Source: Catajapyx aquilonaris (lineage: Eukaryota). Taken from it: 38,345 bases of DNA. Position numbers and translations under genes: made by a program. The stretch lies in contig JYFJ02003730.1 of the NCBI GenBank assembly GCA_000934665.2, forward strand, positions 1 to 38,345. Direction: 5' to 3'. Within the stretch, counting starts at the first letter, position 1, and every line of letters begins with the position of its first letter. Of this stretch, positions 1-12,100 are shown one piece after another. The notes under the pieces were generated by a model. That model did no database searches, had not been told where the DNA came from, and was given only the letters and a program-made list of their open reading frames with translations.

Positions 1-93
1 TGCTCTAATGAGTGTCACTACCTTCAGGTGGAAGGACATCATTATCAGCCCGCGCCATCTACCTTAGGCTCAGAACTTATTGGACGACCCTCG
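1..93. mobile_element. Terminus of a mariner-like element running off the window start
   Basis: Reverse complement of 61-95 reads TA|CGAGGGTCGTCCAATAAGTTCTGAGCCTAAGGT, a mariner-type TIR next to a TA; partner end not in window. Confidence 0.55.
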
Positions 94-2534
94 TATATAC
101 TTTAAAAAAAAATTAGATTTCGGGTTGTTGATGCAAAAATGTGATAAACAGATTCAGAGGTCAAAATATTGCGAATTGCATATCTGCTAAGGTAACGGTC
201 GGAAATAATTTGGATGTAAATTTTTGCCCATATGGTTGACTCGTACACCTGTGCCAAGTCGATGCGTAATTGTAAACGAATTGCAATAACTCAATTCGCC
301 GTTACGAATGCAAATTGGTGGCCCACTTTATGTAGACATTTCCGTGTAGAGTATTTTGACGAATTGCTGTGGGACATTAAAACAGCTATGCTATTGTACT
401 GTGTGCGATCATATTGCCCTGGTTGGTTGAATATTGGAGTTACATTATTCCGCAATGTGGTGTGTATTATGGATAGTCAAGTTACGAGGTCGAGGTATTG
501 ATGACACTGGACCTCATTTTGACTTGATGGATGATACGATAGACACTTGGAAACGAAATGCCCGTGTAAATACGTGATTGGCGATGATTCCCAGTTATAT
601 GATTTGAATATGATTTTTTTTTTCTCGCATTTTTTTCGTCCTGCGTCACAGATGCGTTCTTTGACCCGAAAAGTTTGTTTACCCTCATCTTAAAAAACTG
701 GTGATGCTGCAACTCGGGGTAGAAAATAACGCCCGTCATTTGTGAGACGCATAAAACCGGTTAGTACTTAGGTGCGATTTTTCGCCCTTGTTTGTTGCGT
801 CGCACTTGTGAAGCATAGGGCTTCCAAGAATGAGTCGCAGTGTCTGGCGATTCCCATGCAGCGTTTTTGTTCCGAAATAAAAATGCTCTTCCCATGGCAT
901 TAAAATACGGGGAATGCGACTCAGCTGCATTCCTGTCGGCGCTAATGGCGGAATTGTACATGAATTCGATTTAACGGGTCAGCGCCTGGCCCAGAGCGAC
1001 AATTACGTGTTAATACCTCCGGTGTTTTTAGTTCCCGTCCGGATTTAGCACTTGCCTATCGAAGTTTTTTTGTTTTGTTTTGTTTTTTGAGGGGGATGGG
1101 GGGGGGTGTGTGGTCCGGCCGTATTATGAAAAACCACATTNAAACCACATTTTGACTGGTGGCGAGAGTCGAAGATGGGTACATCCTGGCGATTTTCCAT
1201 CAGCCTCTCCGGGGCAGTTGTCTAAAAATGATGTAACGCTTCCCGCAAAATGTGGATTCCGAACAACACGAAGTAGGTTGGATTCGAGAATTTGGAACAT
1301 GCGATGCAGATAGAATTTACCAGGATGCACCATAATGGTCTGTATTGGGGATGTACGGTGTGAAGGAACATTGTTGATTCTTTGGGTTTTTATAGACGAT
1401 GTGGTGGTGCCTTTGATATCGAAGCGCCTTGGGTCTCTGCATTCTGGGCAAGGTCATGCGCTAACGGTATTAGACATCCTGCTGATGTTCTTCGGCCAGG
1501 ATGTGACAAGGACGTGTGTTATTTTCACTCAGTGGAATAAATAGGGCACATGACAATTATGAGATGGGGAGGGATGCCACACTCCCATTTGGCTTATCAT
1601 GGAAAGTGTGAATGGGTGTGTGCTGCATCCGAATGCTGAAGGCTTGATGGATGATCTCCCACTCCCCCCACCTTTGATGTATTCACTGAGAGGGGAATGA
1701 TTTAGCTGGGAGCCACATGTCATGCGGCACAATTCCACCTTCATGCATTTCCTTCGTTTGCTGTTGGAGAACTTCTAGGGTTGAGGAGTCTTGGCACCAG
1801 AAGTATCAGAAGTTCTGTGTGGGCTATTAATATAGAAGCTTTTGGGTGCGAGCCATCCAGGATCTATTCATGAAGTGCCATTGTAACTGCTTGCAGAAGA
1901 TGAGACGCAGCATGCATTGTTTAATGACTTTGATGCTGGGTTGGGGGACTAGGGGCTGGAGGTGGCGTTTCATTAGTTGACAGGTGAAGTGTGTCACAAA
2001 TTTGATTTGGGGAATTTCATCACAGCAATAGTGTTCTGATTGTTGTGACCACTTCAGTTAGCAATTTTCAATGCACTAGACTAGGGGGTTTCTTAATTAA
2101 GCAGTACTGATGAGGAGTTATTGTAGTAGTTAACAAAAATATTAGCTATTAATATTAGGTGGAAGAGACATTTTTTAGAGCACTCTGGAAGGGTCTAACC
2201 AGGAAAAATATGGATTGAGTCATTGACATTAGGAGCAGGTTGGTCAAAATAGGCCACTGGCAATGTCCTGAGCTTGGAAATTCATTGCAATTCAGAGCCT
2301 GAATGAATGCACCTACTCAACCTAGTATTAGTAGGTAATTTTTTTAATACCCTCTACAAGTACTATTGGAAATTAACTGCTTTGAAAGAATTAGCTTATT
2401 GTGAAAAATCACCAAATAATCATACACTTACATTGGAACAGATTGTTGAGTTATTGCATGTGGTATGGTGTAATTCATGGAGTGGGGTTTGAAGAGTACA
2501 TCTTATTGTTGTAAAATTAGCTGAGATTCTAGAT

Positions 2535-2700
2535 CAGGGTTTCTCAACCGGGGTTCTGCAAGAAATAGTGATGAAGGCTAATCATATGTAAATGTTTTTT
2601 TGAGTCATTGATGCAGTATAGTAATTTTTATGTAGGGGTCCCCTGAGACATCAATATTATTTTAAGGGTTCTGCAAAGGTAAAAAGGTTGAGAAACCATG
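2535..2700. mobile_element. hAT/Charlie-like MITE
   Basis: 15-bp TIR CAGGGTTTCTCAACC ... GGTTGAGAAACCATG (14/15 match); no clear TSD. Confidence 0.65.
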
Positions 2701-2714
2701 TACTTGTGGTGGTG

Positions 2715-2887
2715 CAGTGTTGGACATTAATTGAGGCATATTGCTAGCGACATTTTCCGAAGTGGCAGAAAAAGGAATCGAAGATAAGGGATACTGCAAG
2801 CTGGGCGAGCAAGATTCCTTCTGCTGCTGCTTCGGAAAATGTCGCTGGCAGTATGCCTCGATTAGCCTCGATTAATGTCCAGCACTG
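2715..2887. mobile_element. Hairpin MITE (CAGTG...CACTG ends)
   Basis: ~50-bp arms cagtgttggacattaattgaggcatattgctagcgacattttccgaag / cttcggaaaatgtcgctggcagtatgcctcgatta[gcctcgatta]atgtccagcactg; 10-bp internal duplication in the right arm. Confidence 0.75.
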
Positions 2888-2980
2888 AATGTTGGGTAAT
2901 GGGTGATGCAGATGTTTGGAACATGAGTGGGATTACTGCCAAACAAATGTAATTATATTTTTTTGCTTTTGTTGTTCCAG

Positions 2981-3103
2981 AACTGCTTTGACTTCCCAGC
3001 TGATGTAGGATATGATGTCTCTGACGAAGCAAAGGATCTCATACGACGGTTAATATGCAGTGCAGAATATCGCTTGGGTCAGAATGGATTAGATGATTTC
3101 AAG
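2981..3103 (+). CDS. gek: gek exon: end of kinase C-lobe
   Basis: ttccag|[41 protein letters not shown]|gtactt. Confidence 0.93.
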
Positions 3104-6100
3104 GTACTTGTCATTCTCATAGTTTTCATTTTTAGCCCTCTCTTAGGATAATTTTATAACTGTTGAATTAATTCTTTCAGAACCACCCATGGTTTGTGGG
3201 CATAGATTGGAATAACATGCAGGACACTGTGGCACCTTACATCCCAGAAGTTAGCAGTCCAACAGATACATCGAATTTTGACGTGGACGACACTGAACTC
3301 AGGACCTCCGATGCTATGCCGCCTGCTGCAAATGCTGTCTTCACTGGTTTGCACCTCCCCTTTGTAGGATTCACTTTCACGCAAGGAAGGTAATGTCAGA
3401 GAATACTTTTATCAGGTGTACATCAACTTATTATTCATACTCATGTTTATTTCAGTAAAGTGTCAGACTTGGGATGCTTAACACCAGGTAAAGATGGTGT
3501 TTTAAGTGATCAAGATCACATAGATGGAGTAACTAAAAATGCATATGAAAGGCGAATATTGAAGTTGGAACGAGAAAACAAAGAGCTTGCCAGGAAATTG
3601 ACAGGTGAGATTTTAAAGTCTCATGTATAATGAGTAGCATCCTCACATGCTCCTCCACACAGATGCATGTCAGACCTTGCAAAATTTTGCTCATGGACCA
3701 ATTGTAGAAGGTGGATTTCAAGGCCCAGCACAATCAGTGCAGACAACAGGTGATACTGGCGACGTAAGAAGACTTCAAGATGATATTAATGCCCTTACAA
3801 AGCGAAATTGCGGTAAGTGTAGTGATTTGTCTCTGTCATTCACAAAGTCTGATTTCTTATCCTTTTTCAGAATTGGAAGCACAATTAAACAATTTAGTAC
3901 GACAAGAAAGTGAGATGCTGACATCTCGGAAGGATCTGGATCTAACAGAGAATGAGAAGTTGTCCAGAATGGAAATGGAAAAAACTATGCGAACACTGAA
4001 ACAAGAAAAAGATGATGTATATAAGGTAAGATGAAAAATCTAGAACTGACATGTACATATTGTCATAACCAACATTTGCAGGAGTTGGTGGAATTACAAG
4101 AGAAATTAAAGCTTCAAGCCAAAGAACTAAAAGATGCTTTGAGTCAGCGAAAGTTGGCAATGACAGAATACACTGAAGTTAGTGACAAGTAAGTCATAGT
4201 GCAGGAATTGGTTGGCTCTCCTCACCACCCTCTGAACACCCCCTTTCCTCAGGCTTTCAGAGCTTCGGCAGCACAAACAGAAACTTTCCAGGCAAGTTCG
4301 GGACAAGGAGGAAGAGTTAGAGGTTGCAATGCAAAAAATTGACAACCTTCGACAGGATGTTAGAAAAGCAGAAAAATTGAGACGGGAGATGGAGACAAGG
4401 ATAGACGAAGCTCAAGCAGAAGCGGGTAAGGAGAGGAAACTGAGGGAAAGGAGTGAAGAATATTGTAAACAAATGGAGGAGGAAATGGAGAAGCTGAAGC
4501 AGAGAACTGTAGGTGATGGCTTAAGTGCTAGCCCATTGGAAGCATCTCAAGAAATAGCAAGGTTAGTAAGACAGATTCATCTCAAAAGATGGTGGGTATT
4601 TATTCGCTTGTTTTAATTTGACAGGTTGAAGACAGAACTGGAGAAAATGGATGTACAATATAAGGAAGGAGTGGCACAGATGCAGACGAGATATTCCCAT
4701 GAGGTGGCTAGCTTGAAGGAACAAGTTCAAGATGCAGAGAGTACAAGGGACATGCTTGAAAAAGAGGTACGGAAAGCCATCATCACTTTAAATTTCAAAT
4801 TATACTAAGTCTTAATTTTGTGAGAGTGTTAAACATTACCCAGCCAAACTGACGCAGGCCAAATACTTCGTGACTCCATTAACCCAGATATGCCTGAAAG
4901 AACACATAAAAACTGTATAAAAATATTGGGGAGGCCCAGTAATTTGATGATTTGAAAGGCATGAGAATTGACATGATTTGGTGTAATTATGCACTTGTGA
5001 ATATTCAGCTGGTTTACTTGAACAATTTTCTTGTGTCAGGCATGACCTGACGCCTTCGTCTTATCTCTTGTACCACCCAGTTTTTCAAATCCAAATGTGG
5101 TAATGTCACATGGTGACACTCACAGAAGGATGGGAGTTGTCATATGTATGTGATAATTTCTTAGGTACTTTGTGTTAATTGCATGGCATGACAACTATGT
5201 GTGTTCATGAGGGCCTTACTGCCCTAAATTACTGAGATTGGGTTCAAGTATGGGATTGGATTAAAATATGAGCTGGTCAAGTCTACCATAAGAAGGTGAC
5301 TCAAGAGTACATCACATGTTTTTGTGAATGGACAGATCTGCCTCCTGAAAGAGAAACTAGAACAAGTGCGTTTAGAGAATTTGACTGAAAGTGAAGAGAC
5401 AATAGCTGAAGTCAAGAGAATGCATGAAAGGGAGAAGATGATGCTGATTGAAGATAACAAGAAGCTGATGATGGATCTGGATAGTGTGAGTGAACTTATA
5501 AGTACTAATGGATGCCAGTTATTTTGCATGACACACTGATTGTATTTTTACATTTATCTTTTGTTTTCAGCTCTCTGAAACCATCAATAGGTTGCAGACT
5601 GAAAGGAGACAGTTGGAAGATGAGTACGAAGAACTGAGGAATAAGAAGGAATCAATTGCCCATTGGGAAGCCCAAATTAGTGAGATTATACAATGGTGCG
5701 TACTGAGGGTCTAATTTTTAATGTTTCCACTAATGAGACCTTTTTCAGGGTGAGTGATGAGAAGGATGCCAGAGGCTACTTACAAGCACTTGCTACAAAG
5801 ATGACAGAAGAACTGGAGTACCTGAAGCATTCTGGTGTTGCAAGTGCTCCTGCTTCAGTAAGTAACTTCATACATGCATTACAGTTGCAACTGCAACACA
5901 ATTTAATATTTTGTTTCTTGACTTGCAGGAAAAGAACTGGCGGAACCGACGGTCTCAGAAGTTGGACAAGATGGAATTGTTAAACCTTCAGAGCAGTTTG
6001 CAGTCTGAAATACAGGCCAAGCAAGCCATCAGTGAAGAACTCACCAAGACAAGATCAGAACTTGTGTCTTCCCAAAAGTAAGCAATTAAAAGTTCATGAT

Positions 6101-9100
6101 GTTGGTTGTGGAGCAGCTGATTTTACCACCTGATTCAATCTTGCAGAGATACACGAGATCTAAAACAGAGGGTAGATGGATTATCCAGAGATATCTTAAG
6201 GAAGGAAAATCAAATCAAAGAAATGCAGCAACGATTGGAATCTGGTGAAGGATGTAAGTACCCTTTTCACTTAGGCCTTGGTAGGTGTTTGGGAGTGAGT
6301 AGAGATGTGCAAGTGGGTTCGATTTGGTGCTCCCAAATCATGACACATGATGCTGAAGTGCACGGAGCATACACTTTGCAACTATAACGTGAAAGGAAGG
6401 CACATGATATTTTGCTTGATAGGCATTATACACGCTGGGTAGTTTCCTAGACCATATGGTACATTCACGTGTTGTCCGTGAGTGACTTGAGGAGCTTTCT
6501 TCCGTAAAATACTGAAGAGCTGATTCTGTCCTCTGGAATCCCATTTGCAAATTTCTTCTACCATCTTTGTAGTTTTGCTGGCATAATCATGTGAATGGTT
6601 CTTTCACCCTCATTAATTATCATTAGTCTCTTCCTGTCCCAGTCCTTAAGCTTAAACAGAAGTGCTTCCCGGTTTTCAGTGGAGCAATAGTATGTTACAA
6701 AGAGATGTTGACCTAGCGACATCATCTCATAAAGTGGGATCTGTCTTTTCAATTATCTACTGATCTTGTGGCATTCATTTCTTGCTATTGCAATGTATCT
6801 GGTTAGTCATGTCTGGCAAATGTTCCATGATGTCAGGCATTACTTGCTAGTCTCCGTGCAACAATTCCATTGATTATTTTTCATGTTCTGCTTGTCACAA
6901 GCCTGCACCAGGGACTGCAGGGATGCAAAACTATTAAAGAAAATTAAGAAAGACCCAGTAATTTGGCACTGTAGGGATGAAGAACATAAATGGCATTTGG
7001 GTGACATGAGTGCATCTTTGTATCCCTTTTTATGAGATGGTTCTCCTAGGTCTCTACGGTGTTACATATTATAAAACAAAGTGTGTGCACATGATGGTGA
7101 GTTATGAACTGACCCAGATGTCATTTATTTTCTTGATCCTAGACAAAAAAATGCCCATATTTGTTGGTGTAACAAGCTGCTTTTGGGGTCTTCTGATCCT
7201 CCTCATGAAAATGTATTTCTGATAATGCAGCCAGCTTTCGGGAGAGAAAAGGGCTTTCCCCCCAGTCTGGTAAAGTACTGGTGGCATCTTTGATTTCTCG
7301 GTCCTCTTGCCTGTTTCCCGTTTCTTTACCCCGTGGCTGCTTCTTAGTTGCTGTTTGCGCGCGCAAGTCCTCAGAGTGCAGCCAGAGGTCTTTTTCTCTT
7401 GTCATGTTTGCAAATGGCTTGATCTGTCATTAGTGTTACCATTTGTCACAACCTGACCCAGACGCGTGCAATACTAAACAGTCCAAGTTTTTGCGTGTCT
7501 GGAGTGGCTTTTTTATTGACCTGCTTTGAAAGGTAACACTTGACTGCAGTTCTCACTGCTGCTGTGCCATCAATCTATCCTTTTGTCACAGGAAACCCAG
7601 CATGCTCTACATGTGTTAAAGTTTTGAGAAAATCAGCTGTGTGTGGAGCCACTTGCAAATGTGTCCTTAGCATACCCTTACAGTTCATTTCGGAAAGTGC
7701 GTATTTAATTTTTCCAGCAGTTTGCTGGAGTTTTCATATGCAGTACATTGGTAGGTTTGGAATATGAATATTGTATACGAGGTACCTGAGTATTCCCCTC
7801 ACCATCTTGTATTGTCTTTTGAAACAATTGTACATGATATTTGGGAAATGAATCAAGGCCCTTATTTGTTGATTTGCAACCTTCTAGCATCATGGAACAG
7901 AATTGGCCTGACTCATTATCTTGTTCTGTGTGGCTGCTAAAACTTTTTCCACTAAAGAGGTTGCAAATCACCTTTACAAAGCTGTACTTAGCACGCCTGC
8001 TGTGTAAACATGGGTGGTGTGTGATTGTGTATGTGTGTTGTCTAATACTTGTGCCCAATGTTAGAATATGTGAAACATTTGAAAGCAAGAATAATAGCAC
8101 TAATATATTGCTGGCATGCAAGCATGGATGAGAGAGAGATTATTAATCATGTGTGATACCAAATGTTGGAAGTCTCTAGGGAATTTTGAATCTACATGTT
8201 GACTGGAAATTCACTTCCAAGTTCAGTACTGCTCAAATCCTTTAAAAACATGGAATCACATGATGAGGAAGGAATTTGTAGTAATGGGCTTTGAATCAAT
8301 GCATGTCAAGTGACAAGTGCTTTAGGAAGTGTTGGTTTTGCCCTTTACGTTGTGGTGAGCAGTAATGATCCTTTGCCAAGAAATAGAAACCCTGCCTTGA
8401 TAATTACCGCATGCTTACATTTTACCTTTTTGATGAATAGGTGAACAAAATGAAAATCTTGCCAAGCTCATTCTTGGTTTCCTCTGGTTTAGTTTTAGAT
8501 CGCCCTCCCTCCCAGATGTCCTTTTTCGAACAGTTCCTGAAAGAATCGTCATTCCGTCGTGGTGGCTCAGTCGAAAGTGAAGAAGGCGACATAGAGGACA
8601 ACAGGGCATTGTCGCTAACGAGCAGCAAATCAAACATGTCAGAAATAAGTGCTGTGAGTATGGTATCTTTCTGCATACATGTATTTTTGTCACTTAATTA
8701 ACTTGTGACTTATTCTGTGATTTTTTTTGTTTTCTAAAATTGCTTTTTTTATATATTTTTCTCTAATTGGGAAGTCCAGAGCAGCAGTTGGGCAAATGTG
8801 TTGACTCAAATTAGGCATGAAATCAAATGTTGACGCTTCTGTTTTAGCAGAATGGAAGAGCTTTGTCTATGTACTAACTGGATTTTCTCTCTTTGTCCTT
8901 TTCCCCTGCTTCCACACCTTCTCCTAGGAACAGTTGTCACCAATGGGTCATGAGCCCAGGCCTCTTGTAGGAATGCTTCCTTCCAAACCGAAACCACATC
9001 AGTTCCTCGTACGCACATTTTCTTCCCCACTGAAGTGCAGTCATTGCACATCCCTCATGGTGGGCCTCACCCGCCAAGGGGTGGTGTGTGAAGTTTGTGG

Positions 9101-12100
9101 ATTTGCCTGCCATGTTGGGTGCCATGACAAAGTGCCTCCAGTATGTCCAGTACCTGCTGATCAGAGTGAGTCCCCATTTTTTCTTACCCATAATCCCACG
9201 CAATGGCTGGTAGTAACCTTTGCCATTAAAAACAGCTTATTGCTTCAAGTGTTTGCATAACTTTCTGATGGGGTACAATGGCTGAAATGTACATGCAAAC
9301 CAGAATGTCAGATGAAATTCCTTTTACAGCCAAAAGGCCCCTTGGCATAGATCCAACGCGCGGTATTGGCACTGCCTACGAAGGATATGTCAAGGTTCCC
9401 AAGCCAGGAGGTGTGAAGAAGGGGTGGATGCGGCAGTATGTGGTGGTGTGCGATTTCAAACTGTTTCTCTACGACATATCCCCGGACAGAAGTGCTTTGC
9501 CCAGCGTGTTTGTGTCCCAGGTGCTTGACATGCGGGATGAGGAGTTTGAAGTGAGCTCGGTCAGGGACTCGGATGTCATCCATGCCAGTAAGAAGGATAT
9601 TCCGTGCATATTCAGGGTGAGTCTTCTGACTGCAACAACTTTCTTGCATGTGACTCGTCCCCATCTTTCAGATTACAACATCCCTTATGGACCCTCCTGG
9701 GATGAGGAACCACACACTCATGCTTGCAGAAACAGAGGGTGAAAAGACCAAATGGGTTGTGGCACTGAATGAGTTGCACAGAATTCTCAAAAGGAACAAC
9801 TTGCCAAACAAAACGGTGAGTGAACCAAACACCACAAATATATGGGTCAGTGGGCTGAAGTTATTGTTGACTTCTCAGGTGTTCCGAGCCAAAGAACTGT
9901 TGGACAATACCATTACTGTTATAAAGAATGCCATGTCTGGAGCCATTATAGATCCTGATCGACTAGTCATTGGAACAGAAGAAGGGCTCTACTGTGTGGA
10001 TCTGGACCGAGGAGGTATGTTTTAAAGCATACTGTATTTATGCATGTTCAACATTGGTGTCTCTTTACAGAAATAGGAAAAGTGGGGGAAGGCAAGAAGC
10101 TGTACCAAATTGAATACATCCCAGAGGAGCAACTTCTTATTGCTCTCTCAGGTAAACAGAGGTATGTGCGTTTGATACCAGTACGAGCTTTGGATGGCAC
10201 AGAAGTGGAGTGGATCAAAGTGGCAGAGACTAAAGGCTGTATCACCTTCACCACTGGGATTATGAAACCAGGGCAGCAGGCAACGTATTGCTTATGTGTA
10301 GCAGTGAAACGGCAGGTGAGATTTACCCCTCCTCCTGCAGTGCAACAGTGAAAGATTGGATGTGCCTAAATGCTGTACTTATTATTACTATTGCAGAATG
10401 CCTCTCAAGTTATAATTTATGAAATAACTAGGACAAAGACGAGGCATAAAAGAGTTCGTGAGGTTCTTCTTCCGGCACAAGCCCAAACCCTTGACATCTT
10501 CTCTGACTGCCGCCTGTGTATTGGCTACCAGTCAGGATTCACCATCTACAGCCTGAGTGGCGAGCAGCACCCACAATGTGAGTGACTTAGTGCAGTTAAC
10601 CCTTCAAACCTTGCAGTACTGCAACCTTCCTTGTGCTACTGGCAGTAGTAGCACAGGATTTCTATATCTATTAGTCCTGATAACCATAAATTTAAGAATG
10701 TCACTGAAGGTTTGGATAGCCAAACTATGTCAACTACTATTATAGTTGCTAACAAGGCTCATCTTTCCACAGCTCTGGTGCATCCAGATAACCAAATGTT
10801 GGGCTTCCTGGCATACAACCCTGTAGATGCACTCTGCGCCATTGAACTCCCACGAGGGGAGTTCCTCCTAGTTTTTAATACGCTTGCAGTGTATGTAGAC
10901 ATCCAGGGCCGAAAGTCGCGAGATAAGGAGATTATGTATCCTGCCATTCCTACTGCAGTCGGTTAGTCTGCTGAGCACAGGATCATAAGACCTGTTGTGA
11001 ATGTGGCTCTGCTTGCAGGTGTCTGTGATGGTCACTTCCTAGTCTATGGTGATACACACATTGATGTTTTCAACTGTGCCTCGGGAGAATGGATGCAAAC
11101 AATAAACTTGAGGAAGGCCAAACCCTTGTGCCGCTCTGGAGAAGTCACCGTTATGTGTGCCAGTGAGCTGCCTCATGTTGTGTACCTCAGCAATGTTCAT
11201 AAGCGTGAGTTGCTTACTCACATATGAGACGTTTGTTCTGTTGCAGCCTGCTCACATATTGTATGCTTTCAGCTGACTATGTCAATGTACCTCATCCTGA
11301 AAGTGGCGGGAGGGGTGCACCCAGGGCAAGGCGTCGTTTCTCCATTCGGGAAAACAAAGCAGCTAGGACGTAAGTTGTTCATAATTGCCTTCTTTTGTTT
11401 TCCAGCATATTTCTCTATGGTGCAGCTATCTAACTTGTCACACTATGGTCAGATCCACGTTTTCATTTGTCAGCTTTTGCATCAGCTCAGACTCTCCTAC
11501 TTAAGAGCTGGCGAGCAAAGCGAGTTGTATTTGTAGTCTGTCTCATTTTGCCGTTGCTTTTCAATATTGTTGAGTTTGGCAAAGTCACACAGTAAATGAG
11601 AAATGCTAGCATTGCAAGCTGCCATATGTAATTTAGTGAATCAGATATGCTTGCAGGTGTTTAAATGTGTTGGATCTTGTCTCCTTTTCATGTCAGAAAG
11701 TTGAAGCTGCTCCTGGATCAGCAAGTTCGGTTAGTTTTGATTACCTAGTAGAAAGCATGGAAAGCATTTTTTGGTGTGCGTGGTGTTCTTATTTTAGTAT
11801 TTTCAGTTTTTGTGGTGGGATTGCAAATGTGTGGCCCTACTAGTCAACTTAGTAACTCACACTTATATGACAAGTTATTAATTGTCTTCATTTTAGGGAA
11901 CATGCACATTATGAAACTAAATGTCTCATTGAAGATGAAATGCATTGGATGAATATTGAGTCAGATATTTATTAGGTATTACACAATAACTCATTAGCTT
12001 ACATTACTACAGGTTGGCAGTGAAAGATTTTAAATTAGTTTTTTAAATTTTGAGCACCACAAACAATGCCTGTGTACCTGAGGGTGGTTGTCTGTATTAC

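Noticed and set aside
1142..2100. Possible upstream gek kinase exon or retroelement ORF
   Set aside because: No GTPDY/DWWS/ETPFY-type motifs and no convincing gag or RT motifs seen in the frames examined.
6330..6960. Possible decayed piggyBac-type transposase C-terminus on the minus strand
   Set aside because: Only a vague Cys/His pattern with stops; no termini found; needs tBLASTn.
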